A DNA stretch of 62,137 nucleotides, the filler included, from Choristocarpus tenellus KU-1152 (Eukaryota > Protista > Phaeophyceae), in the NCBI GenBank assembly GCA_964200185.2. It is 9 parts of 9 records of this genome, joined end to end, with 100 filler letters (N's around TTAATTAATTAA, not from the genome) between each part and the next. Parts side by side here need not be neighbours in the genome. Positions count along the whole stretch, not along the records: positions 1 to 4,593 come from CAXNAD020013871.1; positions 4,694 to 13,897 come from CAXNAD020003883.1; 7 more parts are not named here. One strand, given 5' to 3'. A model generated the notes under the pieces. It was not told where the DNA came from, made no database searches, and worked only from the letters and a program-made list of their open reading frames with translations. The number at the start of each line of letters is the position of its first letter. The stretch's first letter is position 1. Positions 1 through 12,910 of this stretch are shown one piece after another. A program made the position numbers and the translations under genes.

Positions 1-48
1 GCACACCCTGGTGTAGACCCCCTCCCCCCCCCCCAGATACTTTGGGTC
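1..48 (+). mobile_element. MITE family B right end
   Basis: caccctggtgtagacccc(C)nagatactttgggtc. Confidence 0.8.
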
Positions 49-1820
49 TCTTCGAGGAGCATTCTTGGTTAAGTTGTCTTTCACTTGTCAAAGCACCCAG
101 GCAGTGCGTATATCGACAATGCACGATGAAACGCCTCCACCAGTCCTGGTAGTCCGAGTCATCCAATAGTTTCAGTGAGAGAGTCCTTGACCTCTTAGTC
201 TTTATGGGCGAACAGTATGTGCGCCTGACCCCAAACTCTCCGAAGAACCGGACCTTTGGCTCACCCCACTTCTGACGCTCACAGCATCCGAACTGTTTCC
301 CCTCTCTGGGAAATTTTCCCTCAATATGGGTTCCATAGGACCCACTTCGACTGGTACATGCCCAGCTGGAGGCCGTGTGCTGGGCACAGTGGCCTGGACG
401 ACAGGATGATTTCCGTCGCCGACTCTATCAGACTAAAACATGAGATTGCTAACGTTTTTTGACAGATCCGCTACCGCCGTGCATTTTATTCCACAGCAGT
501 GCTGAATTAAGGCCGATATCCTCCCTGCACCCGCCCAAGCGGAGCTGACCTCAAAATTTGGCATCTACATTTCAACTACTCTGAAATAACCATTCGCTTA
601 TGTATGAGGCACAAATAATAATAAGACATGCAAAAAGAAGACACCCCACAAACGCCACTCTTCTAATTTCATCCACTCATTCTTTTCACATTCACCAAAA
701 CGGGGTCGTGGGAGGCTCCACACCTTCTTGCCTTCACTACTGACCAACGATCAAATAGCAATACTTTTAAGGTTAATTGCATAGCATGTACCTTACTTAC
801 ACTGAAGAACGGAGTAGATGTAATGCAAAAATTCCCCCTCTTACGAATACGGTCTAGGGGAAGCAGAAAGATGCATGTCACACTTGCGAAAATGGCGTCC
901 TTGCATGAATGCTTCAATCTGCACCTGGGCGTGATTCCCACTTGATGGATTCACTAGAACATTGCAATCTTTGGATGCTGTGAGAGCAGCGTTATCCCGT
1001 TTTTCGGAAAAGCTCGAACATAAATTAAACCTTCCTGTTGGTGAGGACGCCAATCGCCTTGCAGGTCATCACAGGTGTCAGATGAACATGTGAAGCAATG
1101 TGCGTTGCTGCCGCGCGAATTATGTAGATTGTTGTGCAAAGATTGTCATCTGAGCCGCAGTCAGACTGCTGGGTGCTTATTTCAGGTTCCACATGCTTTG
1201 ATCTTTCCAGCTACAATCCTATCCTTGACAAAGCTCAAACGTTGCTGAACTACTACTGACCACTTGACGTTAACATTTTTGGTTGGGAAAGGAATACTGG
1301 AAAAAGTTTCGGGAAGTTAGGGCATTGTTGGATAAGACCCTGTACATCGGTAATGTGGAGAAAGTATGAGATAATGTTGTATGGTTCAACGGTTAGGGGT
1401 GAGGCATATGTCCTTAATGCAGTAGGTTCAACTTTAATAATGGCCAGGTCTCTCTACGGAAATCTAGTTCTACTTAACAAGTTCTACGACACTACCACGG
1501 GTTCTGTCCTCTCTTCCACTAGACGACAGAAATACTGGTGACCCAAAGGAGGTGTTTAAGGTGTAAAATTCATCTGGGTATCTGTTAAAAAAGAAGTGAT
1601 GCGATTGGCATGCTCTTACACGGTAGGATGTGGCACATTATTCGTGGAAATTGTATTGAGAAAGAACAATGGCAGGAGAATATGAGAATGCAAGAGATCG
1701 ATTGTCAGAGAGGAATTATGAATACTTACGCTGTATATAGTATTTTGCTATGTGTTGTCCCTCAAGAGAACAGTCTTCAAATATCATATTAAAATTGTCA
1801 CACTCCACTAATCTGTTTAT

Positions 1821-1998
1821 GGCTCAAAGTACCTGGGAGGGGGTAGCGGCTGTCCATTTGGGGTCAATTTTTTCATGTCGCATTTTTTGTGCGATTTGGT
1901 TGCATACATTGGATGGATAATGTACATGCACGTTTCCTGATTTTGGTCTAATGGACACCCTGGTGTAGATCCCTCCCCCCCCCCAGATGCTTTAGGTC
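1821..1998 (+). mobile_element. MITE family B copy (~180 bp), 4-bp TSD TTAT
   Basis: ttat|ggctcaaagtacctggg...cccagatgctttaggtc|ttat. Confidence 0.88.
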
Positions 1999-2031
1999 TT
2001 ATTTTAGTTTTGATAGGATATACTGGAACAG

Positions 2032-4066
2032 ATGACGCAGCTATTCGCCATAGTGTCTATTGCCGCCGAGAGAAGACTCCTCAATGACGAAGAGGCGACC
2101 AATGAACACTTGCGCCAAGTGGTTAAGTGCTTGCAGGTGAAGATACATCCTCAGGGCACCATCGCGCTATTTGTGCCCCACCTGTGGGCCGCGCAATTAC
2201 ACCGCCTAAAAGGTGAGTTCGGGAGTTCGCCAGCGCTGGAATATGGGGTATATTGCGGGAGACTATTGCGATCCGCCATGGCCGTTATCAGTCCGTCCGT
2301 GTGCCCATCGAATATTGTGCGGCCGTTCAGGAGATGCGGATTATGTTGTGTGTCTTTCTTTTTCACTTTCCCCATCTTGTTTCATGTTCTTCGTACCTTG
2401 TATATCCCTTTTGTGTCTCTGGCTCTTTCCCCCGGGTCCTTCGTAGTTCCTTGTTTCATTGTCCGCGAATCGCATGCTGGTGTAACTTGTCTTCACTACA
2501 GGATTTTTGCCGTCTTTCCTTCTATTACAGAATTTCCTGTTGTTTGCATTTTTTGCATTTGTTATTTTCCTTGCGTTCCACACTCATTGTACTATCATAA
2601 TGTTAGTGGTATGAGATTTCATGAATCTACGATAACTACTTGTGTGATGTCACTGTCAAGTTTGACGCATGCCGGACCCACGCGCTCGCTCCCGCCTTCT
2701 CTTCATTCAGGGGCTCTTATGGCGTCGAAGGTGGGCTTGGTTGTGGAGGATCATCCCCTGATCTTAACATACAAGACGAGGAGAGGGGGGTGCCCTCTCG
2801 CAGGCACTGATAACCATCTCAAATGTTGCCAGGACATGATTCTTCTCACCCACAACGATGGGACAGAGTTCACATGCAACAAGCGAGTAACCGTCGACGA
2901 CATCTTTGGCCACGGGAGTGATGCATCTCCTCCGGTACTCCAAATCATGTGTGACATCAAGTACCAAGGTGCTGCAACGGACATCCCCACGAGGGCCCTC
3001 CACTTCCTCCTTAACAGGTTCGCTAATAACGTCACGCACACCCTTCTTCACGGTAGCAGGGCCTTTTTCGTATAGGTGTAGAACATCGTTAAACAGTAAC
3101 ACAATGAGCTGGGTGATGGTTCAGGGGCGTCGAACCATACCACGAGTGTGTTTCCCTTAATCAGTATCTTAAGCGTCAAACCGCACCAAGAGTGTGTTGC
3201 CCTGTATCGGTAGGCTACTCATACATTGCGATATGATTAATCCGTGCGCAATACAATGTACTCCTCGGGACAATTGACGAACTGCCCTCCTATGATAGGT
3301 ACACGAATGCTGGGGATACCGTCGTCTCCTTCAGCGCAGAGAGGCACAATGTGGTGGAGGTGGTTCTTGAACGGAGCAGGAGGGTGGAGGTGTTCGTGTC
3401 CAACGCGGCGTCAAAGGACGAGGTGAAAGAGAAGATGGACACCTCCTTCGGCCAAGCCTACAAGGACGGCAAGTGGAAGGTAACAAGGGTGTGCTGGCTT
3501 TTTTTCCATTGCTTTCCAACTTGTTGTCTGTCTTGGTTCCCTATGGATAGGTCTCGGCCGTGCGATTGTTGTAGTGATGTTTCCTTGTCGATATTTACAC
3601 GTTGCTCACACGGTGCACGCGGTCACACACACCACCGCTGGAAATCGCGAGACCCCAAGACTTTGTGTGTGAGCGTCGGTACGTCGTAATTTCCTCCTTC
3701 CCCACCAGAAACAACAAACGTGCTGCGGTACACCACAAAATCTTTAACCAACGCCGTAATAACCCCTACGTACGTGACGAAACCTTATCGCATGGCTAAC
3801 CCACTTCAATGCCACATGGTTGGGCTGTCACATATACGCACATTACGCTGCAGGTATCCACGTCTCTCGTTCAAGAACACGTGATAGGCCCTTCCTGCCT
3901 GCCGGAAGCCTTGGGGCAGACCCTCGTCCCAATGGAGACGTGGCGATGTTTTGAAGAGGCCGTCAATCCTCAGGGAAAGGCAATGGGACACAACGAGGCA
4001 ACCATTTCCGTTGCGAAGACGGTGGCGACGGACTTCGGCTACCAGATCGAGGTGAATGTGGTATAG
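2032..4066 (+). pseudogene. Unidentified degenerate spliced ORF segments (possible TE cargo)
   Basis: Coding-like segments 2032-2212 (cag|...|GTGAGT), 2719-3075, about 3335-3479 (|GTAACA) and 3853-4066, with internal stops; no confident family. Confidence 0.3.
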
Positions 4067-4320
4067 AATACTCTAAATTACATATTTTGTGAAGAACGAA
4101 CGGCAGACTCTAGTTACCGGCTCACAGAATAAACGTTTTTTTTATCCCAGAGTCCGAACCTATCTAATGCGGCACCCAAATACGTCGCATAGAAAACTAT
4201 GGGCCTTGCGGGTAAGTATTTGATCCGTCGTGTGTTCAACGTTTGCCACAATAAGGTTGACATTTTTGCACCAACTTCGGACAAGATTACCTCCAAAAAG
4301 CATTACATTCATGAATATTG

Positions 4321-4572
4321 CAAAGTATCTTAGAGGGTACAAGTTTTGCCCTGTTTGTCCACTTCGTTCTTGGCTTCCCACAGTTTTTTTTATGGCATTT
4401 TCCAACCCCAAATGTTTCGGAGTAGGTAAAATGTGTAAGTTATGAAAAGATGTGTCCAGAACAAGGATATTGGCACTCCCTAAGAACACGATAGTCAAAA
4501 TATCATCAAAACCGGAACATTGGATTTTGGTCCGAAATGGACGCAGCTCTACTCTCTAAGATAGTTTGACTC
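4321..4572 (+). mobile_element. MITE family A copy (left end eroded)
   Basis: Matches the ~259-bp consensus with AAAGTATCTTAGAGGGTA TIR. Confidence 0.85.
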
Positions 4573-4593
4573 AATGACCGAACTCTTCCCCCC

Positions 4594-4693
4594 NNNNNNN
4601 NNNNNNNNNNNNNNNNNNNNNNNNNNNNNNNNNNNNNTTAATTAATTAANNNNNNNNNNNNNNNNNNNNNNNNNNNNNNNNNNNNNNNNNNNN
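4594..4693. other. Artificial contig spacer (44N-TTAATTAATTAA-44N)
   Basis: Fixed 100-nt N linker with a six-frame stop core; the same linker occurs at 13898, 30103, 35410, 41083, 47777, 51052 and 58201. Confidence 0.98.
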
Positions 4694-4846
4694 GGGAGTC
4701 TACACCAGGGTATCCATTTGGCCATAACCAGGAAGCTCGTACTTACATTACCCATCCGGTGAATGCAACCTAATCACCCAAAAATCGCGACATGAAAAAA
4801 TGGCCCCATATGGACAGCCGCCACCCCCTCCCAGATACTTTGAGCC
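4694..4846 (-). mobile_element. MITE family B copy, cut by gap
   Basis: tacaccagggtatccatttgg...ccagatactttgagcc. Confidence 0.85.
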
Positions 4847-5210
4847 ATTTGGTAGAATTATGCTTGGGTAGAGAAGTCTCCTAACAATGTCGCCCTGCAT
4901 GTGAGACCCATGATTTTTCTTTGAAAAGTTCCAGTCAAGTGCTGGTTATTCTTATTGTCTCAGAAGGAGAACCCTTGACAGCTGATGAGAACATGATTTC
5001 CCAATTACGCTGCATTTCAAATCGACATCTGCCAGTGAAGGTTGTTATGTTCTCATCTAACTACAGTAATCATGATGTTATAAAAAGACAAAGCTGACGA
5101 GGTTTCTGTCATATGTATATTGTCCTGCACTGAATCAATCGCTCAGGACCTCTTATCTGAGTTTGAGAAGATTTCTGACGCTGGTGGGAGAAGTGCGTTT
5201 TTTCTCTTGC

Positions 5211-8200
5211 CTTTTCAAGACAGAGCTGAAGGACAGGTCCGCTGGTCATGAGTGCCACAAGGTCATCAAAGAACTCCTTCCCCTCATGCTCAGCGTAAAA
5301 CTCCCTGACCATCTCTGATGACCATGCTTCCTGCCTGGACCCTACTATCAAGAACCCTTCCTGTTTGGCCCTGGACAATTATTAGGTATGCACATTAATG
5401 TGTGTGAGTATTGTTTCCTGCCTGAGCCAAAGTATCTTAGAGGGTAGACACGCGTCCATTTGGGGGCCAAAATCCAATGTTGCGATTTTGATGTAATTTT
5501 AACTATCATGTTTGTTAGTAAGTGTCAATATCCTTGTTCTGGACACTCCTTTTCTTAATGTGTACATTTTACCAACTCCAAAATCTTTTGGAGTAGGCAA
5601 AATATCATACACACCTCGAGGGAAGCAAAGCCCCAAATGGACAAACAGGGCAAAACTCGTACCCTCTGAGATACTTTCTCTCGCCTTGTAATGTGAAAAA
5701 GAGCAAGGGGCCCCGTATATGAGGCAGTATTCAGATGGATGTGTGAATTGGATAAGTTCCTGATCTTGACAAAGTGTAACTGGGTTACGTACACCGCCTT
5801 GCAAAGATGTGTGGAAACCTCTTCACCCCTACGTGAGGTGTTCCTATTTGAAGAACTGGACTCTATTGTCATGTAATGGCTATTCCTCGACCAAGTGCCA
5901 TTGTGCATGTGTACCAAGCTCAACCCCGTTCTTGCTGTTCCTGCTAGTTCCAGTAGAGGTCTGGACCCTATTTCTCGAGGGCTTGGACCTCCCAACCACC
6001 ATCGAGCTCTTATCAATTGATGATGGGTCCTGCAACCGGCAATCAAATCCCAAACTTAGAACTAGCCTCAATTTATTGATGGTGAGGTAGACAACTGCTT
6101 TCAAGAGAACAATTATTCATATTTCAAGTGTATTTCCATCAGAAATTGGAAACCCTAGTGCCATGTTCATATTGAACACTAACATCATTCTGATATTCTT
6201 TCTGACAGCACAAGAGTCAACCATTGGCTGGTGAGAGTGGATGGTGCTCACGGTATATTTGGACAGTCAAGCATCAAGCTTTCACTTTCTCAAACACATT
6301 TTCCCCAACTTCACCCCTCACTCTGAAGATGTGTACGCACATCATGGGTTGACACTACCTCAGATTCATCACAAGATACCAGAATGTAAGGTACAATGTA
6401 TGGGGTGCCTAACTCACTTACCGAGCACCCTGAAAACCCAATGAAGCAACATGCCAACTGCATGGAGTTTCTTTCTGAAAGATTGCAGCCCCAAGATTAC
6501 ACTCTAAGCTATCCTATATGTAACAGTTGACCTATTTGTCCTCCCTACCCCGCTATTTTGTTCCCTTCATTGAATTAATGTCTTTCTTCCTTAGTTTTTC
6601 CAGACTATAACATGTCTCTGCAGGATTGGCATAGTTGCCATAACTGTTGAACATAGAAAAAATTAGCATTTTCCATCTACTCACAAGCATTTATAAAGAT
6701 GCTCACATAACCCATCACTTGGCAACCAACTTAATGTATCACTCTAACTCTCTCGTTTGCTTCACAAATTTGCCAACCTTAATTATCAAAATCTGAAACC
6801 ACAGACCCGAAGCATTTAAGAGGGTAGGAGTATTGCTCTGTTTGTCTGATCGGGGCTTGGCCTCCCATTTAATGCCCTTTTTCGGTTTTCTGTATGAACA
6901 CAGTTACCAAAAATGTATATGACATTATAAGGTTTGTCCAGAGCAAGGATGTTGGCACTTGCTAACAAACACGATAGTCAAAATGAATCAAAATGAATCA
7001 AAATGAATCAAAATGAATCAAAATGAATCAAAATCGCGATATTGGATTTATGACCCCGAATGGACATGGCCTTACCCTCTTAATTACCTTGGGTCACAAG
7101 AGTGGGAGACAGATCACACTGGTTGACCCATCCTCATTCCAGTGATGGATCTTTCACCAGACCAACGGGCCTTTAGTGTCATAGTTCAACTACATCAATG
7201 CAATCATCTCCCAACAATGTGAAGATTGATGCCAAGATGGTATTATTCAGTGCTGATATTTCATAGCATCATCCAAGAAATAATGCTGTGTGTAATTTAA
7301 AGAAGAAAGAACGTCAATATATACTACCATAACAATAACCAATATATACTTGTAGCATTTACAGACATATTTTCTATGGTAAACATAAGATGGAAGGGAT
7401 AAGGAATGTTGCAGGAACTATTCTTCTAATTATTGATTTTACTGCAAAGTATCCCGGAGTAATATTTGTGTATTGCAATTTACAGGAATAGTGCTTAGTA
7501 TTTCATAGTAACCATGAGATTGAGGGGGTATTTGATGTTGCCTCCCATTGATGAAGTATAGCACACAGGCAAATTTGTTTTTCACACTACACTAAATTCT
7601 ACTGTTGTACGTACTGGTTGCTATTCTATTTTATTCTGAAGTTGTCAATATTTATTTATTTTCTCCGTGGTACCCATTTCCCATCAAACCTAAAATAGCT
7701 ATACTTAAATATGTGTATTCCATTCAAGGTGCTACAATCTTGCGTGCTTTCTGCTCTAGATACACATAGCATTCAATGTTTTCATACTCGAAGCACCTTC
7801 CTGTCAAATCCTGACCCTATCTCCCTAACTCCATGTCATCAGCTATCGTGGAGTATTTCTTTTGTAAAATCACTCAGAGCTAACCCCAATCCTAACCTTT
7901 CCAATATTGCAGCTTGATGTCCTTCCTGCCGCATGGCATCTGGCTTGATTAGAACAAGTGTTCGCTGAGATGGTGATATGAGATTGTCTCCTTCGAAAAT
8001 GCGCCGGACAGTGCAAGCCACCACTTCTTGGGCAGGGACAGTAGATACTCTCCGGACCTAAACCAATTCAAACAACAGAAGGGGGAGATGTTGAGACAAT
8101 TACACGATCTGGAGACTTGGTTTGTCCTATGGGGATGGAGAGGGTGGGACATATGTTCAGTCATGGAAAGTTAGTACTTTGAAAAAAAAATGAAAAAAAA

Positions 8201-11200
8201 ATAAAAAGAAACTCCTGTAGTGTGTCCTAGGTATGCCGAAATTGGTCCCCTGCGGAAATGTGTCCAATATTGACGAAATTTGACCTTGTGAAGACCCAAA
8301 GTATCTGGGGGGGGAGGGGAGGGTGTACACCAGGGTGTCCATTTGGGAAAAAATCAGGAAAAGTGCATTTTATTATCCGTTCTGACATATTCAACCAAAT
8401 CACCCAAAAATCGCGACATCAAAAAATTGACCCCAAATGGACAGCCGTCACCCCCCCCAGATACTTTGAGACTGAAGGGAGTTCACTTTTTTGTACTTCT
8501 AAAGTGCCAGAGAATTCAGAGCGAAAGCATCCTAAAGGGGGGGTGGATTCTAGCTATTTTGCTGTAATAGGACTTGTACATCTGATGCCTGAAAACCTAT
8601 TTTTTTGGTGCAAATTCGGGTAACCCCCATCAAGATTTTGCAAATATAAGAGAAAGACCTTGCGAATTAATATTTTGTCATGGTATTGGAGGTTTAAGGA
8701 CAAAAATGTACAAAAGAGAAAAAAGAAAAAAAGAGGAAAAGTTAGAGATACCTTAGCAGCAACAGCCCCCTCCCCTCTAGTATGGTATGACAGAGTGAAA
8801 GTATCTTAGAGCGTACGAGTTTTGCCCTGTTTGTCCATTTGGGGCTTGGCTTCCCTTGGGTTTTTTTATGACATGTTCCCACTCCAAAATATTTTTGGAG
8901 TAGGTAAAATGTGTACGTCATGAAAAGGTGTGTCCGGAAAAAGGATATTGACACTTCCCAACAATCACAATGGCCAAAATTACATCGAAATTGCAACATT
9001 GGATTTTGACCCCCAAATGGACGCGGCTCTACCCTCCAAGATACTTTGGCTCACACTATTGCAGAATGAGAGAAATTATCTTGAAGGGTAAGAGTTTTTC
9101 CCTGTTTGTCGATTTGGGACTTGACTTCCCACGGGCTTTTTATGACATTCTACCTACTCCAAAAACCTACTCCAAAATGTTTCGGAGTAAGTAAAATGCG
9201 TATGTTTGTATGTTATGTTATGTTATGTTATGTATGAAAGGTGTGTCCGGAACAAGGATATTGACATCTCCTACCAAACATGATACCCAAAATTACATCA
9301 AAATTGCAACATCGGATTTTGACCCCCAAATGGACGTGGCTCTACCCTCTACGATACTTGGACTCAATGTCTAATATGCTGTCTCAGCTACAGGTGACCT
9401 TCATGAATTTTGAAGTGTCTTGTTTGAACAATAATTTATTATCTCAGAGCATTAGTAATCCCGTGGTGGCATACCTGGCCACAGTTCCTAGTCAGCACAG
9501 GTTTACAACAGAGAAACATTTCTGGAAAACATAGTTTGCTATCGTGCTCCACATTCCAAGTGCAAGGTATTGTACTGGCTGCAATTATTACAAAGTCCAA
9601 AATTCTGAATTGTGGGCACAACATGTTATCATTGTATCCATTGCCTAAGGCTTGTCAATATATGAAATAGGATTAGGAACTTACTCTGGAGAACTAACTC
9701 TCCAACTTGGCGTTGAACTTTTGCATATCTGCTCGTGTTTCCGTTCTCTTTTCCTACAGTATTTTTTATAAATAACATGCATTCTGTTTTTGACTTGTTG
9801 AACACTCTTTTCGCCTCATTCCCACAAGATTCAGGATTGGTTGCAGGGTACTAGGGGATCTCAAAATGCACTTTGTGCTCACCTTTTCCGTCCCCTGATA
9901 CTGCTCTTTAATGCCAAATTCGTAATCTTTGTCCTCTAATATGTACTTTGAGTACTCTGTAGTCTCTCTGGAAGCTCAGGCTGCAGCATACCCCTGATAT
10001 ATATATTTTTATTTGAGAAATGCTAAAAAAGATGTACATGAATCTTAAAAGGAGGCATTGTCAGCATGGGTGTCAATCCGACTGAAAATAGGACCCAATA
10101 CAATTGGTTTATACATGTTCCTCTGATCAACAAAGCACACATCTTGCTTTCATGTTCTTATCACCAGCAAACAGTATGCCACACATATATTGACATTGTG
10201 ATGGACAGCAGGATGCAAAGACTGTTTAGGCTCTACCTGTATACAACTGGGATGCCTACTCACCATGCCCATCCTTTCCAGTGCATTGACCACGGGCAAA
10301 GTCTCTTTTTGGAAAGTATCGAAGCGTTTAAGTACTGTCTCTTCGTTGTCATCTGTTCTACCTGAGGTTTTCCCTCGCTCTAAGAGGCGTTCCCTCAGGG
10401 TTTCCCTAGGACAGTCGAGATACAGAGCAAAGCGTATCTACACATAACATCAATGGTGAGTGTGAAACAGAGAAAGAGGAAGGGGGAGTGGACAGAGATG
10501 AAATGGTGGTGACTAAAGGGTCAGATTTGCATGAGGCAGGGCCATACTTGTGGATATTCAACTTTGGTAAGGAGTAGTGGAAGAACAAAAGGAAAACAAG
10601 TGATTTCATTTATCTCTTTGATGTTATCACGTGTTCGACAGACATATGGTCAATCAAAAGGAGTTGATCAAACTAGCCATTGGCATCAAGACTTTGATTG
10701 GGATACCTGCTGGTGTCAGAGAAGATATTGCAATATATGCTCCAGGGTAAAAGAGCACCACTCTAATGATCGATTCCCAGTAAGGTCAACGCAGAAAATG
10801 TCTTCGGATTAATACCAAAGACACTATGCCAGGGGTTGGAATCCTAATGACACACTTTCATTAAAGTATATCATTGGTGGTGTTGCTCTGCCGATATTTG
10901 GAGGCATGACCGTGTTCTTTGGAGAATATTATGATTTGACTGTAACATACCATACCTGAATATAGGGGGTTATGATACGATGGTGAGCTTAGCCTGTGGG
11001 TACATTTTCCCACATTGGTGGTTGCAAATGCAATGCAATCAGGATTATGGTGGAAGGAGTACTTGAGGTACTTGAAACAATATTGTACCTTAATTTCTTG
11101 ATCGGAGAACACCTCAAACCAGGCAGCTAAGTTGTCTGAACTGCGTGGGAAACCATCAACCAGGAAGCTGTTGCAATTTGTGACTGCAAAGATTGCTGCC

Positions 11201-12198
11201 TTCAAAATGCCCACAATCATGGATGCTGGAACCAACTGTCCATTCCTGAATGAGAACCAGGATTTTGAAGAGTAAGGAAAGTGGTGACAGATTGAAGGTT
11301 GATTGCAAGTGTTGTATTCTTGGTTGATGTTTAACCCGTCACAGAAAGTTTGACCCGAAATGCAGATTGTGACTTGATTTTGGAGTGATCACATAACATA
11401 ATATTGCTGGTTGACCTTACCGTGAATCAGACTAGTCAGAGATAACCGACAGGAAGAAGTAATAGCAATACCTACAGCACCAATGAAATTAATATTGCGC
11501 GCTAAGACTCAAATTGAAACTGCTGGAGTATAGCATCAGCTCCAAATATATTCTCTAGGGAGCTAGCTTGATGACCCGGATCACACCTGATGCATTCATC
11601 AATCTCTTTAGCTAGAGTGGACCCTGAATTCTGCTCTTCGCGAAGTAAATCTCCTGTTGACAGGTGCATGAATCCCAGCTCAGACGAGATCCTCCCACAC
11701 TGGTCAAGGTTGGTTGCGATTTGCAAAGTTAACAGGCAATATTGTTCTATGGTCTCCCTTGCAAAACTTCAAACGCGGTCATCTTACGGAGCAATATGCA
11801 AAGTTCAAGTCCAACCAATTATTATCTATGTGTTCATGGGCAACAAGTTAGGTTCATGATGCCCCTGAGATAAAGGTTGGACTTGACGATAGTAGAATTA
11901 AACCGTGATAATGCACTTCACAGCATGCTTGAATACTGGGGTCCCCACATATACCAGTACTAAGAATGATGTCGACGATTTGACCTGGTCAAGTGTACGA
12001 CGATGGATCACTTGGCAAATCTATGTGTTGCCCGCAATAACACTCTACTCTACTACTGTTGTTTGGCATCCAGGAGTGAGGCGTGAAGCACACGAGGCGA
12101 GTTCACATCAATGGCGTCGGTTGTAGTCTCACGTGTGTACCCTTCCCCGATCCTGGGCCACCGAGAATGAAGACAATTTCGCGCTTCTTGGGAGTCAT
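5211..12198 (-). CDS. Adenylate/UMP-CMP kinase - nucleoside diphosphate kinase fusion protein (spliced, 3' end missing)
   Basis: Phase-compatible exons 12198-12133 (MTPKKREIVFILGGPGSGKGTH, P-loop), 11699-11587 (CGRIS...HLSTGDLLRE), 11245-11089 (GQLVP...FLVDGFPR), 10437-10264 (LDCP..LRERLLERGKTSGRTDDNEETVLKRFDTF), 8057-7897 (AK C-terminus then RTLVLIKPDAM, the NDK start) and 5370-5211 (EFYAEHEGKEFFDDLVALMTSGPV). The NDK catalytic His segment was not found before the contig end. Confidence 0.9.
5424..5682 (-). mobile_element. MITE family A copy, 4-bp TSD GCCT
   Basis: GAGCCAAAGTATCTTAGAGGGTA...TACCCTCTGAGATACTTTCTCTC with gcct on both flanks; lies in an AK-NDK intron. Confidence 0.92.
6804..7095 (+). 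mobile_element. Divergent family A body with family B-type GAC..GTC ends, 3-bp TSD ACA
   Basis: aca|gacccgaag...gggtc|aca; internal (AATCAAAATG)n expansion at about 6977-7033. Confidence 0.75.
8293..8472 (-). mobile_element. MITE family B copy, 4-bp TSD TGAA
   Basis: tgaa|gacccaaagtatctggggg...cccagatactttgagac|tgaa. Confidence 0.9.
8793..9052 (+). mobile_element. MITE family A copy, 3-bp TSD ACA
   Basis: aca|gagtgaaagtatc...gatactttggctc|aca. Confidence 0.9.
9068..9365 (+). mobile_element. MITE family A copy, 3-bp TSD AAT
   Basis: aat|gagagaaatt...gatacttggactc|aat; internal (TATGT)n expansion; 15 bp from the previous copy. Confidence 0.88.
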
Positions 12199-12910
12199 TG
12201 TAGATTTTTTCAGGCTTCACGGTTTTGTCTTAAGCAGGGTGTTGGTGAACCAGACAAAGAAAAATGAGGCTGAGGGAAGGAGATATTGTAGGATTGTCGC
12301 ACAGAATAAATACAGTTTGTGTAACCTTCAAACCGTTATGGTTATGGGACATGGAATGAAAGGGTAATAATCGCCAATATATTTCTCTCACACATTTACA
12401 AAATGTCAGTAATAATAATATATACCGAAGGAATTTATCAATTCCTGAATTATTACAATCTTAAAAAACACGATTACAATCCTTCCAGGAATTCCTCGCA
12501 ACCATATGGAAAATACATAGTAGTACGATCGTAGAGGAACACATCATAGCTCCTAAGGATTGAAATCAAGTCCAGTCAAGAGGGGTGCATTTTGAAAGGG
12601 AGAAGCGTGTTATACTTTGTTATAATGTACAGACAAATGGTGTACAATGTTATGAATTCTTCCATCGAAATGGGTTCCACGTGTACCACACACATGTGGA
12701 CAGGCACAGGAAAGGAGAATTGTATCTCATTAATATTCAATGAGATTTTTTTTTTCCGAAATTGCCACATAATTTTTTGACTTCCGTGCAGCTTCTGGGG
12801 GGAAACAACCTGTTGCTTTATTTGAATCCCTGGAACCCCTTGTTCCTGTGGACATTTTTTCAGAAGATGGATCATGGGAGCGAAAGACGATGACCAATAC
12901 AACAAAGCAC

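Noticed and set aside
50-1600. Possible decayed retroelement
   Set aside because: Frames are interrupted by stops and I could not identify a diagnostic motif
2032-3075. 347-aa ORF as a single protein
   Set aside because: The middle (about 2213-2718) is T-rich intron-like sequence after a strong GTGAGT donor; probably chance read-through
4638-4649. Recurrent TTAATTAATTAA palindrome
   Set aside because: Always centred in identical N runs; an assembly linker, not biology
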